This document shows, piece by piece, positions 21,557-31,259 of a stretch of DNA of 64,000 nucleotides. The stretch covers positions 3,157,670 through 3,221,669 of the forward strand of contig OY759717.1 of the NCBI GenBank assembly GCA_963662525.1. The letters run 5' to 3'. A program made the translations under genes and the position numbers. The notes below the pieces were generated by a model. That model was not told the DNA's origin, did not search any database, and worked only from the letters and a program-made list of their open reading frames with translations. Every line of letters starts with the position of its first letter. The stretch's first letter is position 1. The stretch is from Bacteroidales bacterium (GTDB lineage Bacteria; Bacteroidota; Bacteroidia; Bacteroidales; FEN-979).

Positions 21557-22797
21557 TTCATTTTTTGCAGGAGATCAAAAAATATTTTATTTGATTGCTG
21601 GTCTTCAAATTCGCGTTGTTGCAATGCCCGGGATTTATCTTTAAACCCTTTGCCGATCGCAATTTCTAATTGAAACATCGCTGTCGTGGTATCATTATTC
21701 CGCATGCAAAGCATAGCCTGTAAATAATTCGGCTCAGGGTTTTGAGGATCCGACATTTCATAAATCCGGATCACTTTTTCTGCCATCTCGCGGTTGTCCT
21801 GATTCAGTGCAGCATTTGCATTGGAATAACAAAACAAGCTAAGGAAACCCAGCAGGCGTTGGTCTCTCCATACAACTTCCGGATCTTTTCCTTTTTTTAT
21901 TTCTGTTACATAGGTCGATATTCTTGCTTTCCACCAGGCGATATCTTTCGAAAATAAAGCTCCCATTAACATTTGCTGCTCCGCTTCTTCGCTTTTAAGA
22001 ATTTGTTCACGGTATTTCTGCTGCTTGATATAACCCGGATCATTCTTCAGCCCTGCTGCTTTTTTTTCAGGAAGGCTCAACTCGGGTTTACCTTCCTGGT
22101 TGAACCAAAGGATGGCATCATTGATATACGCTACAGGTGGCCATTCATGCAAACCTTCGAATGTGATCAGAAAATGTCTTACTGCTGACTGATCCAATGC
22201 CTGATTGAGTTGCAGCATCTCATTCAGGTTAAAATCACCCAGACCTGCAATTCCAAAAAACTCAAATTTGATCTCTGGCATGGGATTCAATCCGGGTAAT
22301 CCTGCACCACAGGCTATCACACCCCGGATACCCGGATGCAGCATAGCCATCATACCGGCAACCCTGGCCCCGCCTGAAAATCCCATCAGATATATCCGGT
22401 TGGTGTCGATGGGATAAGTTGTACGGATGTCAGTCATCAGTGCCTGAAAGATTTTTTCGGTCATATCCCTGGTCTGCCCGTTCTTTGAGTCATTGGAAGC
22501 AGCAAGAATAAATCCAAATTGTTCTGACAATTCTTTGTAACGATTGACAGGGATTAATCCGGAAGAATGCGGGTCAAATGCCAGGATCAGGGGATACCGT
22601 TTCCCTGGATTAAAACCTTTGGGAATGTATATTGCATAGGTAATGGAGGGGTCAGAAGTACAGGTAACAGAACCATGTACCTGTCCGGGAATCTGGATTT
22701 CTCTGTGTTTGTCACGCTGCTTTCCCGTATTTAACTGACAGGACAGGATAAGTATTGTGAAAAGACAGAATAGTAGGATCTTTCCTGTTGCTTTCAC
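21553..22797 (-). CDS. Alpha/beta-hydrolase (esterase-type) lipoprotein with a helical TPR-like C-terminal half
   Basis: Lipobox ILILSC and nucleophile elbow GFSGGARVAG. GTG start overlapping the upstream stop; its own stop overlaps the downstream start. Confidence 0.6.
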
Positions 22798-23600
22798 TTT
22801 TTATAGAAATTGGTGGAATCGAAAATTTTATCGGCCGACTTAGCAATAAACCCGTTATACAGGTTCCCCTCTGCATCAGGATATCGTTTTGCAAATTCAT
22901 AATAACAACCTGGAATCTCATAGTTGCCTTCGATGAATTCAACCCTTACCATACCTGCCTTGATGCTCGATTGTTCAAGTAATTCTTCCGGTGAACCCTG
23001 GATTTCACCGCCCGTGTCGTTGAGCATGAACCCATTGGCCTTTAAAAAAGTATTAACCTTCTGAACAGAATCGTATTTTTTCAGGTGGTTGACGCTTACA
23101 GTGAAATGATTCGCACAAAACCCGTTTACATAAAGCCATGCGGCGTATTCCGATTCCTGGCGGAGCTTTTCAAATACTTTATAAGAGGGGGTCCCGGACA
23201 GGTTCCCGGCGAAAATAAGCTCATCTGACCAGACAGAATCATTGGGAATGGAATTAACCCATCCTTTTACAATTTGCTGCAGATAATAACTGAATGACTC
23301 TACTAATAATTCGCTGATGAAAACCCTGGGGGCGTTTTTATCGGTTTTATGCTCAAAATGTTTGGCAAATAGTTTCTTTTGCTCAAAACGGTATTCGCCC
23401 ATCAGTTTATAATTGTTTTTCAAAAAAACCAGGGATAACTGATCGATGCCAATGGCTGGATGCTGAAAGGTGCGAAAAGCAATATGGTCGTTCACAACAG
23501 TTTCACCTTCAGAGATAAACAGATCATAAACTTTTTTTGATAAGGGATTTTGGGTGGTATAATTGATCCAGAGTCTGTTAAAAATATTTTGAAGTTGCAT
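22794..23600 (-). CDS. DUF1338 (HglS/YdcJ-like 2-oxoadipate dioxygenase/decarboxylase family) protein
   Basis: LWINYTTQNP...VNDHIAFRTF N-terminal signature. Start chosen at MQLQNIF; the ORF is open up to 23645. Confidence 0.7.
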   Translation of the reverse strand: MQLQNIFNRLWINYTTQNPLSKKVYDLFISEGETVVNDHIAFRTFQHPAIGIDQLSLVFLKNNYKLMGEYRFEQKKLFAKHFEHKTDKNAPRVFISELLVESFSYYLQQIVKGWVNSIPNDSVWSDELIFAGNLSGTPSYKVFEKLRQESEYAAWLYVNGFCANHFTVSVNHLKKYDSVQKVNTFLKANGFMLNDTGGEIQGSPEELLEQSSIKAGMVRVEFIEGNYEIPGCYYEFAKRYPDAEGNLYNGFIAKSADKIFDSTNFYKK

Positions 23601-23679
23601 TGTGTGGGTTTTGCTGTCAAAAATAAGGAAAAGATTATTCTGCATTTATATTAATTGTGCTTCAATTCAATGAAATGAA

Positions 23680-23687
23680 TATCTTTG
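23680..23687 (+). promoter_or_regulatory. Bacteroidota -7 promoter box TATCTTTG
   Basis: Exact TAnnTTTG match 41 nt upstream of the GTG at 23728. Confidence 0.4.
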
Positions 23688-23727
23688 ACATGAGTTTCTC
23701 AGGATTCAGCCTGAAAATTCTGATTTT

Positions 23728-26700
23728 GTGAAATCATTCTCTCCTTTTATATTTCCTTTAAAGCTGATGCTGATCGGAATAATCATTATGATTTCCACGG
23801 AAGATGCAGCGTCCCAGCATTACCTTACACGGACCTATACGGAAGCTGATGGTCTGCAGTCTTCCATGATATTTGATATAGTTCAGGATTCTTCGGGTTT
23901 AATCTGGATTGCCCGCAGATCCGGGATTTCTTCATACAACGGTCAGACATTCACCAACTATACTATCAGCGATGGCTTGAAGCCGGCGTCATACGTTCTG
24001 CTGAAAATTGATGAAAAGGGAGTTTTATGGGCAATGAATGATGCAGGGGATCTGGATATCTCAAAATATACCGGTAAAGAATGGAAGATCTTCTCTTATC
24101 GACAGGACTTTAAAATCCGTTATGGAATTAACTACCTGAGTTTCGATGTATGTTATTCAGATAATAAGCCGGTTTTTATTTTGGGATCTGAATTGGATGG
24201 GGTTTTCATCGGTAAAAATGGCGTCTGGAAACAGTTTAAAACGAATCAGGGACTCATGAATAATAGAATACACTCGGTAAGATGTTTAAATGGAGTGTTC
24301 TATATTGCCACTGACCAGGGACTGTCGCTTATCAGAGATCAGAAGATTGAAAATAATCCGCCAGTGTCAAAACAATTGCCCCGGGGGGCTATACTCGGGA
24401 TGACGAGTAAAAAGGACAAGTTATGGTTGCTCGGAAGCAATTGGTTGGGTTATATCTCAGAAGGACAGTTTTATCCTGTTTCTGACCGGTTTAATCTCCC
24501 GGTTAATAGTTCCTGGAATCGATGCTTTTTATACGCCGATGATGAGGACAATGTTTTTTTTGGCAACCCTTATTATGTATTTTGTTATTCAGGACAAACA
24601 AAAAAAGTTGAATCCATTGAAAGCTCAAATGGATTGATTTCTAAAGGAGGTACTGCTGCCTTGGTGGATAGGGAGAAGAATATCTGGATTACCGGTTACA
24701 GGGGAATCACCAAGATCAGTTCCAGGAGATTTGCAAATTATGCCAAGGCAGATGGATTGCTTAGCAATGAAGTGACCTCGGCGCTGGAAATGAGTCCGGG
24801 ACATTATGTTTTTGGTCATGATTGTGCCCTTTCATTTTTTGATGGGATCCGTTTTACCGGGCTTATTCTTGATCCCGGGAAGTTTACAGGAAATTATGAT
24901 ACCCGGATACTTGACCTGGATAAGGATATTTCGGGCAACCTCTGGTGCGCATCAAGTGGGCTGGGGTTGGCCAGACTTGACCAAAACAGAAAAGTAACCT
25001 GGTATAATGATAAAAATGGTCTGAAAGGGATTGCCAATACGGTTTTACAATTATCCAACGGAAAAATATTTGCAGGAACCTCTGCAGGTTTGTTTGAATT
25101 TTCCGGTAATGCGTTTCTTCCGGTAATACTGCCAAATCTTTCTCAGGTCGGTATCCGGAAAATATTTCCGGGTCCCGGAAATTCCATGTACCTGGCTACA
25201 CTGGGACATGGATTGGTATTTTATAAAGAGGGCAGGGTATCAGTTTTCAAGCCAGTTGATAATGTCCTGGCATTAAATACCTACTCCTTTCTTACAGATA
25301 GCAGGAACCGTATATGGGTTGGCACTTCCGGGGGCTTATTCACAATTTCCGATACGGTATTGACCAAGGTCAGCGACAAAGGATTATGCATCAGCAGACC
25401 GGTATATAATATCCTTGAAGATCATTCCGGTTTGCTATGGTTTGGAACAGATAATGGTATTTTTCGCTGGGATGGCTCAAACCTTGATCATTTTACAACA
25501 AGAGATGGCTTATCCGGTCAGGAAATAAACCGGGATGCCTGTTTCCTGGATCATAATAACCATATATGGTGCGGAACCAATAATGGATTGACCGTTTATC
25601 GTCAGGAATTTGATTATGATCCGGAGAAAGTTCCCCCACCCAAAGTCAGGCTTCTCTCTGTGGTTGCAGGGTTGGATACCCTCGAACCTTCCCGGGATAT
25701 CTTTCTTTCAAACGATCAGAATAACCTGACCTTTACTTTTAGTATAATCTCTTTCATTGACGAAAATCAGGTTTATTACAAATTTAAACTGGAGAATTTT
25801 GATACATCATGGTCTGATAATATCCATTATATCGATCATGAACTTCGTTTTAATAATCTTAGACCCGGGACGTACCGCCTTCAGTTTAAAGCCTGTAATG
25901 CACTCGGGATATGGAGCAATACCCTTCATTCCGGCACCATTAAAATCCTCCAGCCAATTTGGCTTCGATGGTGGTTTCTGCTGCTTTCTTTCGCTTTTTT
26001 GGCTGTCATTGCCGGATTTACCGGACGTTTCATCTTTATGGCAAGATATAATTCAAAACTGGAAAAGATGGTGGCAGTTCGTACGGCAGAACTTACTGAA
26101 AGCAATGCAGCCAAGGATAATTTCTTCTCCATTATTGCTCACGATCTGAAAAGCCCGTTTAATGTCATTCTGGGGATGCTTGATTTGCTGACAAGCGATT
26201 ATAATGATTATTCAGAAGATGAACGAAAGAACATTCTTCTTAAACTGAAAAGTGCTTCTGTAAGAACCATCAACCTGCTTGAAAACCTGCTGACCTGGGC
26301 TCGTTCACAGAAAGGTCTGTTGCCTGTTATTCCTGAGGAGATCAAAGTCGTAGACCTGATCGACGAAAATCTGACCCTGATGGAATCTGCTGCACACGGT
26401 AAAAAGATTAACATGGTAAAAACCGGTGATGAGAACCTTACGGTCAGGGCTGACAGAAATATGATGAACACCATCATTCGTAACCTGATTTCGAATGCCA
26501 TTAAATTTACTTATCCGGGAGGTAAGGTGGAGATTCACACGGCCAGGAAAGGGCCGGCAATTGTAGAAATATCAATTAAAGATGATGGATGCGGAATGTC
26601 GGCCAGGTCCCTGGGCAAGTTGTTTAAAATTGATACCAGGCTTGCAACCAAAGGAACAAGGGATGAAGTTGGGACAGGTCTCGGATTAATTCTATGCAAG

Positions 26701-26799
26701 GATTTCATTGAAAAAAATATGGGGACCATTCAGGTAATCAGTGAAGAAGGGAAGGGCAGTACCTTTACTTTTACACTTCCTTCGGAGAACAGTTTATAG
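23728..26799 (+). CDS. Sensor histidine kinase with two-component-regulator propeller and Y_Y_Y domains
   Basis: Repeated LW(I/F)GT..GL propeller motifs, one TM helix (WWFLLLSFAFLAVIAGF), HisKA (IIAHDLKSP) and HATPase (GTGLGLILC). No REC or AraC domain. Confidence 0.85.
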   Translation: MKSFSPFIFPLKLMLIGIIIMISTEDAASQHYLTRTYTEADGLQSSMIFDIVQDSSGLIWIARRSGISSYNGQTFTNYTISDGLKPASYVLLKIDEKGVLWAMNDAGDLDISKYTGKEWKIFSYRQDFKIRYGINYLSFDVCYSDNKPVFILGSELDGVFIGKNGVWKQFKTNQGLMNNRIHSVRCLNGVFYIATDQGLSLIRDQKIENNPPVSKQLPRGAILGMTSKKDKLWLLGSNWLGYISEGQFYPVSDRFNLPVNSSWNRCFLYADDEDNVFFGNPYYVFCYSGQTKKVESIESSNGLISKGGTAALVDREKNIWITGYRGITKISSRRFANYAKADGLLSNEVTSALEMSPGHYVFGHDCALSFFDGIRFTGLILDPGKFTGNYDTRILDLDKDISGNLWCASSGLGLARLDQNRKVTWYNDKNGLKGIANTVLQLSNGKIFAGTSAGLFEFSGNAFLPVILPNLSQVGIRKIFPGPGNSMYLATLGHGLVFYKEGRVSVFKPVDNVLALNTYSFLTDSRNRIWVGTSGGLFTISDTVLTKVSDKGLCISRPVYNILEDHSGLLWFGTDNGIFRWDGSNLDHFTTRDGLSGQEINRDACFLDHNNHIWCGTNNGLTVYRQEFDYDPEKVPPPKVRLLSVVAGLDTLEPSRDIFLSNDQNNLTFTFSIISFIDENQVYYKFKLENFDTSWSDNIHYIDHELRFNNLRPGTYRLQFKACNALGIWSNTLHSGTIKILQPIWLRWWFLLLSFAFLAVIAGFTGRFIFMARYNSKLEKMVAVRTAELTESNAAKDNFFSIIAHDLKSPFNVILGMLDLLTSDYNDYSEDERKNILLKLKSASVRTINLLENLLTWARSQKGLLPVIPEEIKVVDLIDENLTLMESAAHGKKINMVKTGDENLTVRADRNMMNTIIRNLISNAIKFTYPGGKVEIHTARKGPAIVEISIKDDGCGMSARSLGKLFKIDTRLATKGTRDEVGTGLGLILCKDFIEKNMGTIQVISEEGKGSTFTFTLPSENSL

Positions 26800-26802
26800 G
26801 AT

Positions 26803-27786
26803 TTAGAAAAGCCCTGTAATCATTTCCCCGAGACTGAGATTGGTAAAGTAGTCACTGATTATAAAAGGTTTCAGGACTTCTCTGATGGCATTTTCCTCGT
26901 GGCTGACTCCAGTCAGTGCATTTTCGATATCTTCAGTATCATACAGATTGAAATAATCACCGAAAATCCGGGCATGTAATATTATCCCGTTTTGCACATC
27001 TAGATCAAATTCAATGGTTCCGCTTTTCTCAGTTCGTAGGATTTTCTTGAAATTGTAATTGGGGGAATAACCGAAATTCCACTCCCAGGTACTGTACTTT
27101 TTTCTGACCAGTTCATTGATTTTCTCATGGTCTTCGCCAGATAGCTCGTAAAATCTGGCATCCGGATATTTTTCAACAATATGCTGCTGTATCGCTTCGG
27201 CAAATTGTAATACATCCATCCGGGTTTTCAGATGTTCACTGATATTAGTAACTCTGCTTCTTACTGATTTTACGGCTTTGTCGGTGAATTTTACCGGATC
27301 AACATTCAATGCTTTACTCAGGTCGGCCATTTGCGCTGAAAAAAGCAATGTGCCATGATGAAGTACTCTGTTTTTCCAAATGTGCTCTGCATTACCGGAA
27401 AATTTCTTACCATCTATTGTCAGGTCATTGCGGCCTTCAAACCGGGCATCAATACCCAGTTTTAGTAAAACCTCAAGAATGGGTTCCGTATATTTTCTAA
27501 AATCAATCAGACTTTCAGTTTTACCTGTCTGGATAAAAGTGAAATTCAGATTCCCCAGATCATGAAAGACGGCTCCTCCACCTGACAGACGACGGACAAC
27601 CCTGATGTTCTGTTGCTTGATATAATCCACATTAATTTCTGCCAGAGTGTTCTGATGCTTTCCGACAATAATCGAAGGGGAATTTCGCCAAAGCATGAAG
27701 GAGTTTTCACTGAAATTTTTCAGAATGTATTCTTCCGTGGCAAGATTGAAATAGGGGTCAGTATTGTTTCTTTTGATAATCAGCAT
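26803..27786 (-). CDS. lplA: Lipoate--protein ligase
   Basis: NPYFNLATEEYIL, RRLSGGGAVFHDLGN, GKKFSGNA motifs. Confidence 0.85.
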   Translation of the reverse strand: MLIIKRNNTDPYFNLATEEYILKNFSENSFMLWRNSPSIIVGKHQNTLAEINVDYIKQQNIRVVRRLSGGGAVFHDLGNLNFTFIQTGKTESLIDFRKYTEPILEVLLKLGIDARFEGRNDLTIDGKKFSGNAEHIWKNRVLHHGTLLFSAQMADLSKALNVDPVKFTDKAVKSVRSRVTNISEHLKTRMDVLQFAEAIQQHIVEKYPDARFYELSGEDHEKINELVRKKYSTWEWNFGYSPNYNFKKILRTEKSGTIEFDLDVQNGIILHARIFGDYFNLYDTEDIENALTGVSHEENAIREVLKPFIISDYFTNLSLGEMITGLF

Positions 27787-27842
27787 CCTTCACTTTTTTA
27801 TGCAAAAATAGAGCATTCCTGCAAAAAAAAATGGAATAAATG

Positions 27843-27850
27843 TATCTTTG
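27843..27850 (+). promoter_or_regulatory. Bacteroidota -7 promoter box TATCTTTG
   Basis: Exact match 10 nt upstream of ATG 27860. It overlaps the TTG start at 27848 used by the ORF track. Confidence 0.35.
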
Positions 27851-27859
27851 TTCCCCTCT

Positions 27860-28738
27860 ATGGAAAGACTAGTCTACTATATTTTTCGGTTCTTTGTCTG
27901 GTTATTCTCACTGTTTTCATTCAGGCAACTATATGTTTTTTCAGATATTCTTTGTTTCTTTTTCTATAGAATTGTGCAGTACCGGAAGAAAGTTGTCATT
28001 GATAATCTGAGAAATTCATTTCCTGACAAAACAGAAGCTGAGATCAGTATTATTGCCACAGGTTTTTATAAACATCTCTTCGATGTGATTACGGAAAGCC
28101 TGAAAGCTTTCAGCATGACTGAAAAATCGGTGATCGACAGGTATCAGTTTATTAAATCTGATGAGCTGGAAGCATTATTTCTTAAAAATCAGTCTGCCAT
28201 ATGTGTTGCAGGACATTTCAACAATTGGGAATGGGCTGGAATTGCTGCCGGGAGCCAGCTTCAGCATAAACCAGTCGGATTCTATAAACCACTGACCAAC
28301 AAGTTGACCGATGCCTATATCCAGAGAGTTAGGGCTCAGGGCAGGGCTGCCCTGGTTTCCATCACAAAAACGTCAGAAGCGTTTAAAGCCGATTATGGGG
28401 AACCTACTTTATTCTATATGGTTGCTGATCAAAGTCCGTCAAGTCCACGATTGGCTTACTGGATTAATTTTCTTAACCAGGACACAGCAGCGTTGCATGG
28501 ACCTGAAAAATATGCCAGATTATATAATTATCCGGTATTTTATACTGATGTTCAGAAAATTAAAAGAGGATATTATACTGTTTCCTTCATCCCGCTGGAA
28601 CTTGATCCATTGAAAACGAAAACAAGCGAAATTACAACCAGGTTCATGAACCTTCTGGAGGAAAAGATAAGGGAAAACCCTACTTCATATCTTTGGTCAC
28701 ACCGCCGCTGGAAACTCAAACGCCCAAACCCCCGCTAA
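27860..28738 (+). CDS. Lysophospholipid / lipid A biosynthesis acyltransferase (LpxL/HtrB family)
   Basis: N-terminal TM helix, HFNNWEW (HX4-type acyltransferase motif), about 290 aa. Confidence 0.75.
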   Translation: MERLVYYIFRFFVWLFSLFSFRQLYVFSDILCFFFYRIVQYRKKVVIDNLRNSFPDKTEAEISIIATGFYKHLFDVITESLKAFSMTEKSVIDRYQFIKSDELEALFLKNQSAICVAGHFNNWEWAGIAAGSQLQHKPVGFYKPLTNKLTDAYIQRVRAQGRAALVSITKTSEAFKADYGEPTLFYMVADQSPSSPRLAYWINFLNQDTAALHGPEKYARLYNYPVFYTDVQKIKRGYYTVSFIPLELDPLKTKTSEITTRFMNLLEEKIRENPTSYLWSHRRWKLKRPNPR

Positions 28739-28744
28739 CTTCCC

Positions 28745-28800
28745 AGCTCACCAGCTCACCACCTCACCACCTCACCAACTCACCAACTCACCAACTCACA
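28745..28800. repeat. 8-nt tandem repeat, 7 units, CTCACC family
   Basis: agctcacc agctcacc acctcacc acctcacc aactcacc aactcacc aactcaca. It lies between convergent 3' ends and overlaps the stop of the aconitase-like gene. Confidence 0.9.
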
Positions 28801-30595
28801 ATAGTCCCCCGTTCCTGTAAATGGCCATCTGGGCATCATAGAATTTTTCGATGCTGGTTTTCATGTTATTCCTGAGGTTTGTCAATTCCCCGGATTCAAA
28901 ATCAACCCTGACAACATCTCCATCCTGCAATTCAACTCGGGAGATCATTTCAGGTTTATAGGTCAGAATTGGCATGGCAGCATTGATGGCATTGCGCTCA
29001 TAAATGGCGCCATAAGATTCGGCCAGGATACAGCTGATCCCTAAGGAAAGGAAGCAATCCACGGCCTGCTGTCGTGAACTGCCGGCTCCGAAATTTTTCT
29101 GGGTAATTACAATATCTCCGGCTTTGGCTTTTTTGGCAAAGTCTTCAAATCCTTTCAGGTTGTCGAAGGTATATTGTCCCATTTCCTTAATATCCGTAAT
29201 GGTAAGATATCGATTGTGAAATATCATATCAGTGTCAATATCATCTTTTGGGATGATCCAAACGCTACCTTCCACAACGCTAGGTTTCTCCGATTTAACT
29301 TTTTCTTTGATGCTGGCTTTAAGTGCACCTGTTTTTCCGAATTCTGCCGGTGTTGCCGGAATATTTTCCGGTGTAGTAATCACTCCGGCAATGGCAGAAG
29401 CGGCAACAGTTGCAGGAGAAGCAAGGTAAACGAAACCTTTTCCTTGTTTACCCTCGAAGTTCCTGTTTCCGGTACTGATGGTCACCTCTCCGGGACCGTT
29501 CTGCCCAACCTGTCCCGCTGCACAACCGGCACAACCGGCATTGGAAACCATGGCTCCGGCATCCTTAAAAATTTTGATAAGACCCTCATTCATGGCCTGG
29601 TTCCAGATATCATCAGTGGCAGGAACTATTTTCAGGACAACACCCGGAGCAATTTTCTTTCCTTGCAATATGGTAGCTGCAATCCTGAGATCTTCAATGC
29701 GGCCATTGGTGCAACTTCCAATGAACCCTGAATCGATTTTCTGAGTTCTGACCTGCTCAATGGCAATATCATCATGCGGATGACCAGGTTTTGCAACCAT
29801 GGGAACAAATTTTCCGAGGTCGATATCGAAGGTTTTTTCATAGTTGGCATCAGTATCGGCAATCATCTCAGGATAGTCCTTGCCTGATAATGATTTTAGC
29901 TCAGCAAGGAGAGAAGGAGAGGTGGGGAAAAGCAAAATGATAACACCCATTTCAGTACCCATGGATGCAATGGTAATGCGTTCTGCAAGGCTGAGTTTTT
30001 CTACTGCAGGACCATAGAATTCCACGGCATAGCCCAGCAGTTTGTTGGCGCCAAAAATAGAAAGCAGGTTCAGCACGATATCCTTGGCAGAAACGTGGGC
30101 TGGCCTGTCGCCGGTAAGGTTGATCCTGACGGAAGCCGGAACCTTGAACCAGACATATCCCTTGGCCCAGGCTGCAGCAATATCCTGGTCGCCCATACCC
30201 TGTCCGAACGAGGAAATCGCCCCCATGATGTTGGCATGCGAATCGGTCGAAACAAAAGTACTTCCGGGCCAGACAAGTCCGTTATCTATGGCAAGATGGG
30301 TCCCGATTCCGGAATCTACATCATAAACCCGGATATTGTTTTCACGGGCAAACAGACGGCAGTAATGCTGGTTAGCGGCATATTTCTGGTCTGATCCGCC
30401 GGGATTGCAATCAAAAGTGAAAATTGTTTTTGCGGGATCATCCACGCTGAGTCCGTTATCGAGCAGGTTTTTAACTACATTGGCGCCTCCGAAGTCACGG
30501 GCAGCGCGGGTATCAATGATCACATCCACGATATCACCCGGCTTGATGCTGGTTTGATTGCTATGCGCTGCAATTATTTTTTCAATGATATTCAT
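28796..30595 (-). CDS. Aconitase-family hydro-lyase, fused large (LeuC/HacA-like) and small (LeuD/HacB-like) subunits
   Basis: TDSHA, GSCTNGR and GCAGCAAGQ cluster motifs in the N-terminal ~420 aa. A swivel-domain LeuD-like C-terminus follows (NFGAGSSRQQA). Confidence 0.8.
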   Translation of the reverse strand: MNIIEKIIAAHSNQTSIKPGDIVDVIIDTRAARDFGGANVVKNLLDNGLSVDDPAKTIFTFDCNPGGSDQKYAANQHYCRLFARENNIRVYDVDSGIGTHLAIDNGLVWPGSTFVSTDSHANIMGAISSFGQGMGDQDIAAAWAKGYVWFKVPASVRINLTGDRPAHVSAKDIVLNLLSIFGANKLLGYAVEFYGPAVEKLSLAERITIASMGTEMGVIILLFPTSPSLLAELKSLSGKDYPEMIADTDANYEKTFDIDLGKFVPMVAKPGHPHDDIAIEQVRTQKIDSGFIGSCTNGRIEDLRIAATILQGKKIAPGVVLKIVPATDDIWNQAMNEGLIKIFKDAGAMVSNAGCAGCAAGQVGQNGPGEVTISTGNRNFEGKQGKGFVYLASPATVAASAIAGVITTPENIPATPAEFGKTGALKASIKEKVKSEKPSVVEGSVWIIPKDDIDTDMIFHNRYLTITDIKEMGQYTFDNLKGFEDFAKKAKAGDIVITQKNFGAGSSRQQAVDCFLSLGISCILAESYGAIYERNAINAAMPILTYKPEMISRVELQDGDVVRVDFESGELTNLRNNMKTSIEKFYDAQMAIYRNGGLL

Positions 30596-30615
30596 TTGGT
30601 TATGTTTTAATTAGT

Positions 30616-30715
30616 GAATGCAGTCAATGCAAAAATATTTTAAATATATCATTTTTTTGCATTCTTTTCATTCCTTGCATTCCTGCATTCCTGCATTCTT
30701 GCATTCCTTGCATTT
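30616..30715. repeat. 8-nt tandem repeat GCATTCYT (about 7 units, 30659-30715) with a short inverted partner (30616-30635)
   Basis: gcattctt ttcattcctt gcattcct gcattcct gcattctt gcattcctt gcattt. Upstream lies gaatgcagtcaatgcaaaaa. Confidence 0.9.
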
Positions 30716-31259
30716 ATTTCAATCTTTCCCTGAATGGTTCAAAGGTCATAAAATCAGCATGGTGAACGATATATGCTTCCACCGTCCGTTTCACCATATC
30801 TCCTTCGCCGGCATGGGTCGCAATGATATGGCATACGGCAGCAGGGACGCCGCATTGCTCAGCGAGCGAAACACCGGAAAATGGATGACGGAGATATTTA
30901 CCGTACATTCCCTGTACCGACTTCCCGTCTTTCATTTCATATTCCAGCAATTTACCGACATCGGCAAGGATAGCACCGGCGATCAGGATATTCATGTTCA
31001 CAGGCAAATCGTCTTTGAAAAATTCGTTCATTTTATTGCCTGCGTCCCGGGCTACATGCACCACGCACCTTTTATGCGACATAAACGAAACTTTCAGGTC
31101 GGGTCCGGCTAGCAGTGTAAAAGGGATTTTATTTAAATCATCTGCTGTAAGGACACTCCTTTCCAGTGCCAGTTCCCAGGTTCTGGCAGTTTTTTCCCGG
31201 AGATCAGGATCCACGATCCACATCAACTCCGGCCACAGGGCTTTAATTTCTTCGGTCAT
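30714..31259 (-). CDS. HD-superfamily-like protein with a degenerate HD dyad
   Basis: The layout resembles small HD phosphohydrolases (SHKRCVVHVA...AILADVGK...ATHAGEGD...HHADF), but the canonical LHDIGK position reads LADVGK. Its start overlaps the IDH-like stop (ATGA). Confidence 0.55.
   Translation of the reverse strand: MTEEIKALWPELMWIVDPDLREKTARTWELALERSVLTADDLNKIPFTLLAGPDLKVSFMSHKRCVVHVARDAGNKMNEFFKDDLPVNMNILIAGAILADVGKLLEYEMKDGKSVQGMYGKYLRHPFSGVSLAEQCGVPAAVCHIIATHAGEGDMVKRTVEAYIVHHADFMTFEPFRERLK

Noticed and set aside
23719-23736. TTGTGAAATCATTCTCTC upstream of, and overlapping, the sensor kinase start as a Rex box.
   Set aside because: Only the left half-site matches. The right half matches TTCACAA at 4 of 7 positions, and the site overlaps the putative GTG start. 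It is too weak to call.
28745-28800. The C-rich, G-poor CTCACCAA arrays as Rho utilisation (rut) sites.
   Set aside because: Only this locus presents the C-rich strand in a transcript (downstream of the plus-strand acyltransferase gene). At 6667-6717 and 53032-53071 the flanking genes are on the minus strand, so the RNA would carry the G-rich complement. The orientation is inconsistent with a strand-specific rut function.
30618-31112. A 164-aa plus-strand ORF (MQSMQKYFKYIIFLHSFHSLHSCIPAFLHSLH...).
   Set aside because: Its N-terminus is a translation of the GCATTCCT repeat array. The rest is antisense to the better-supported HD-like gene. It is a shadow ORF.
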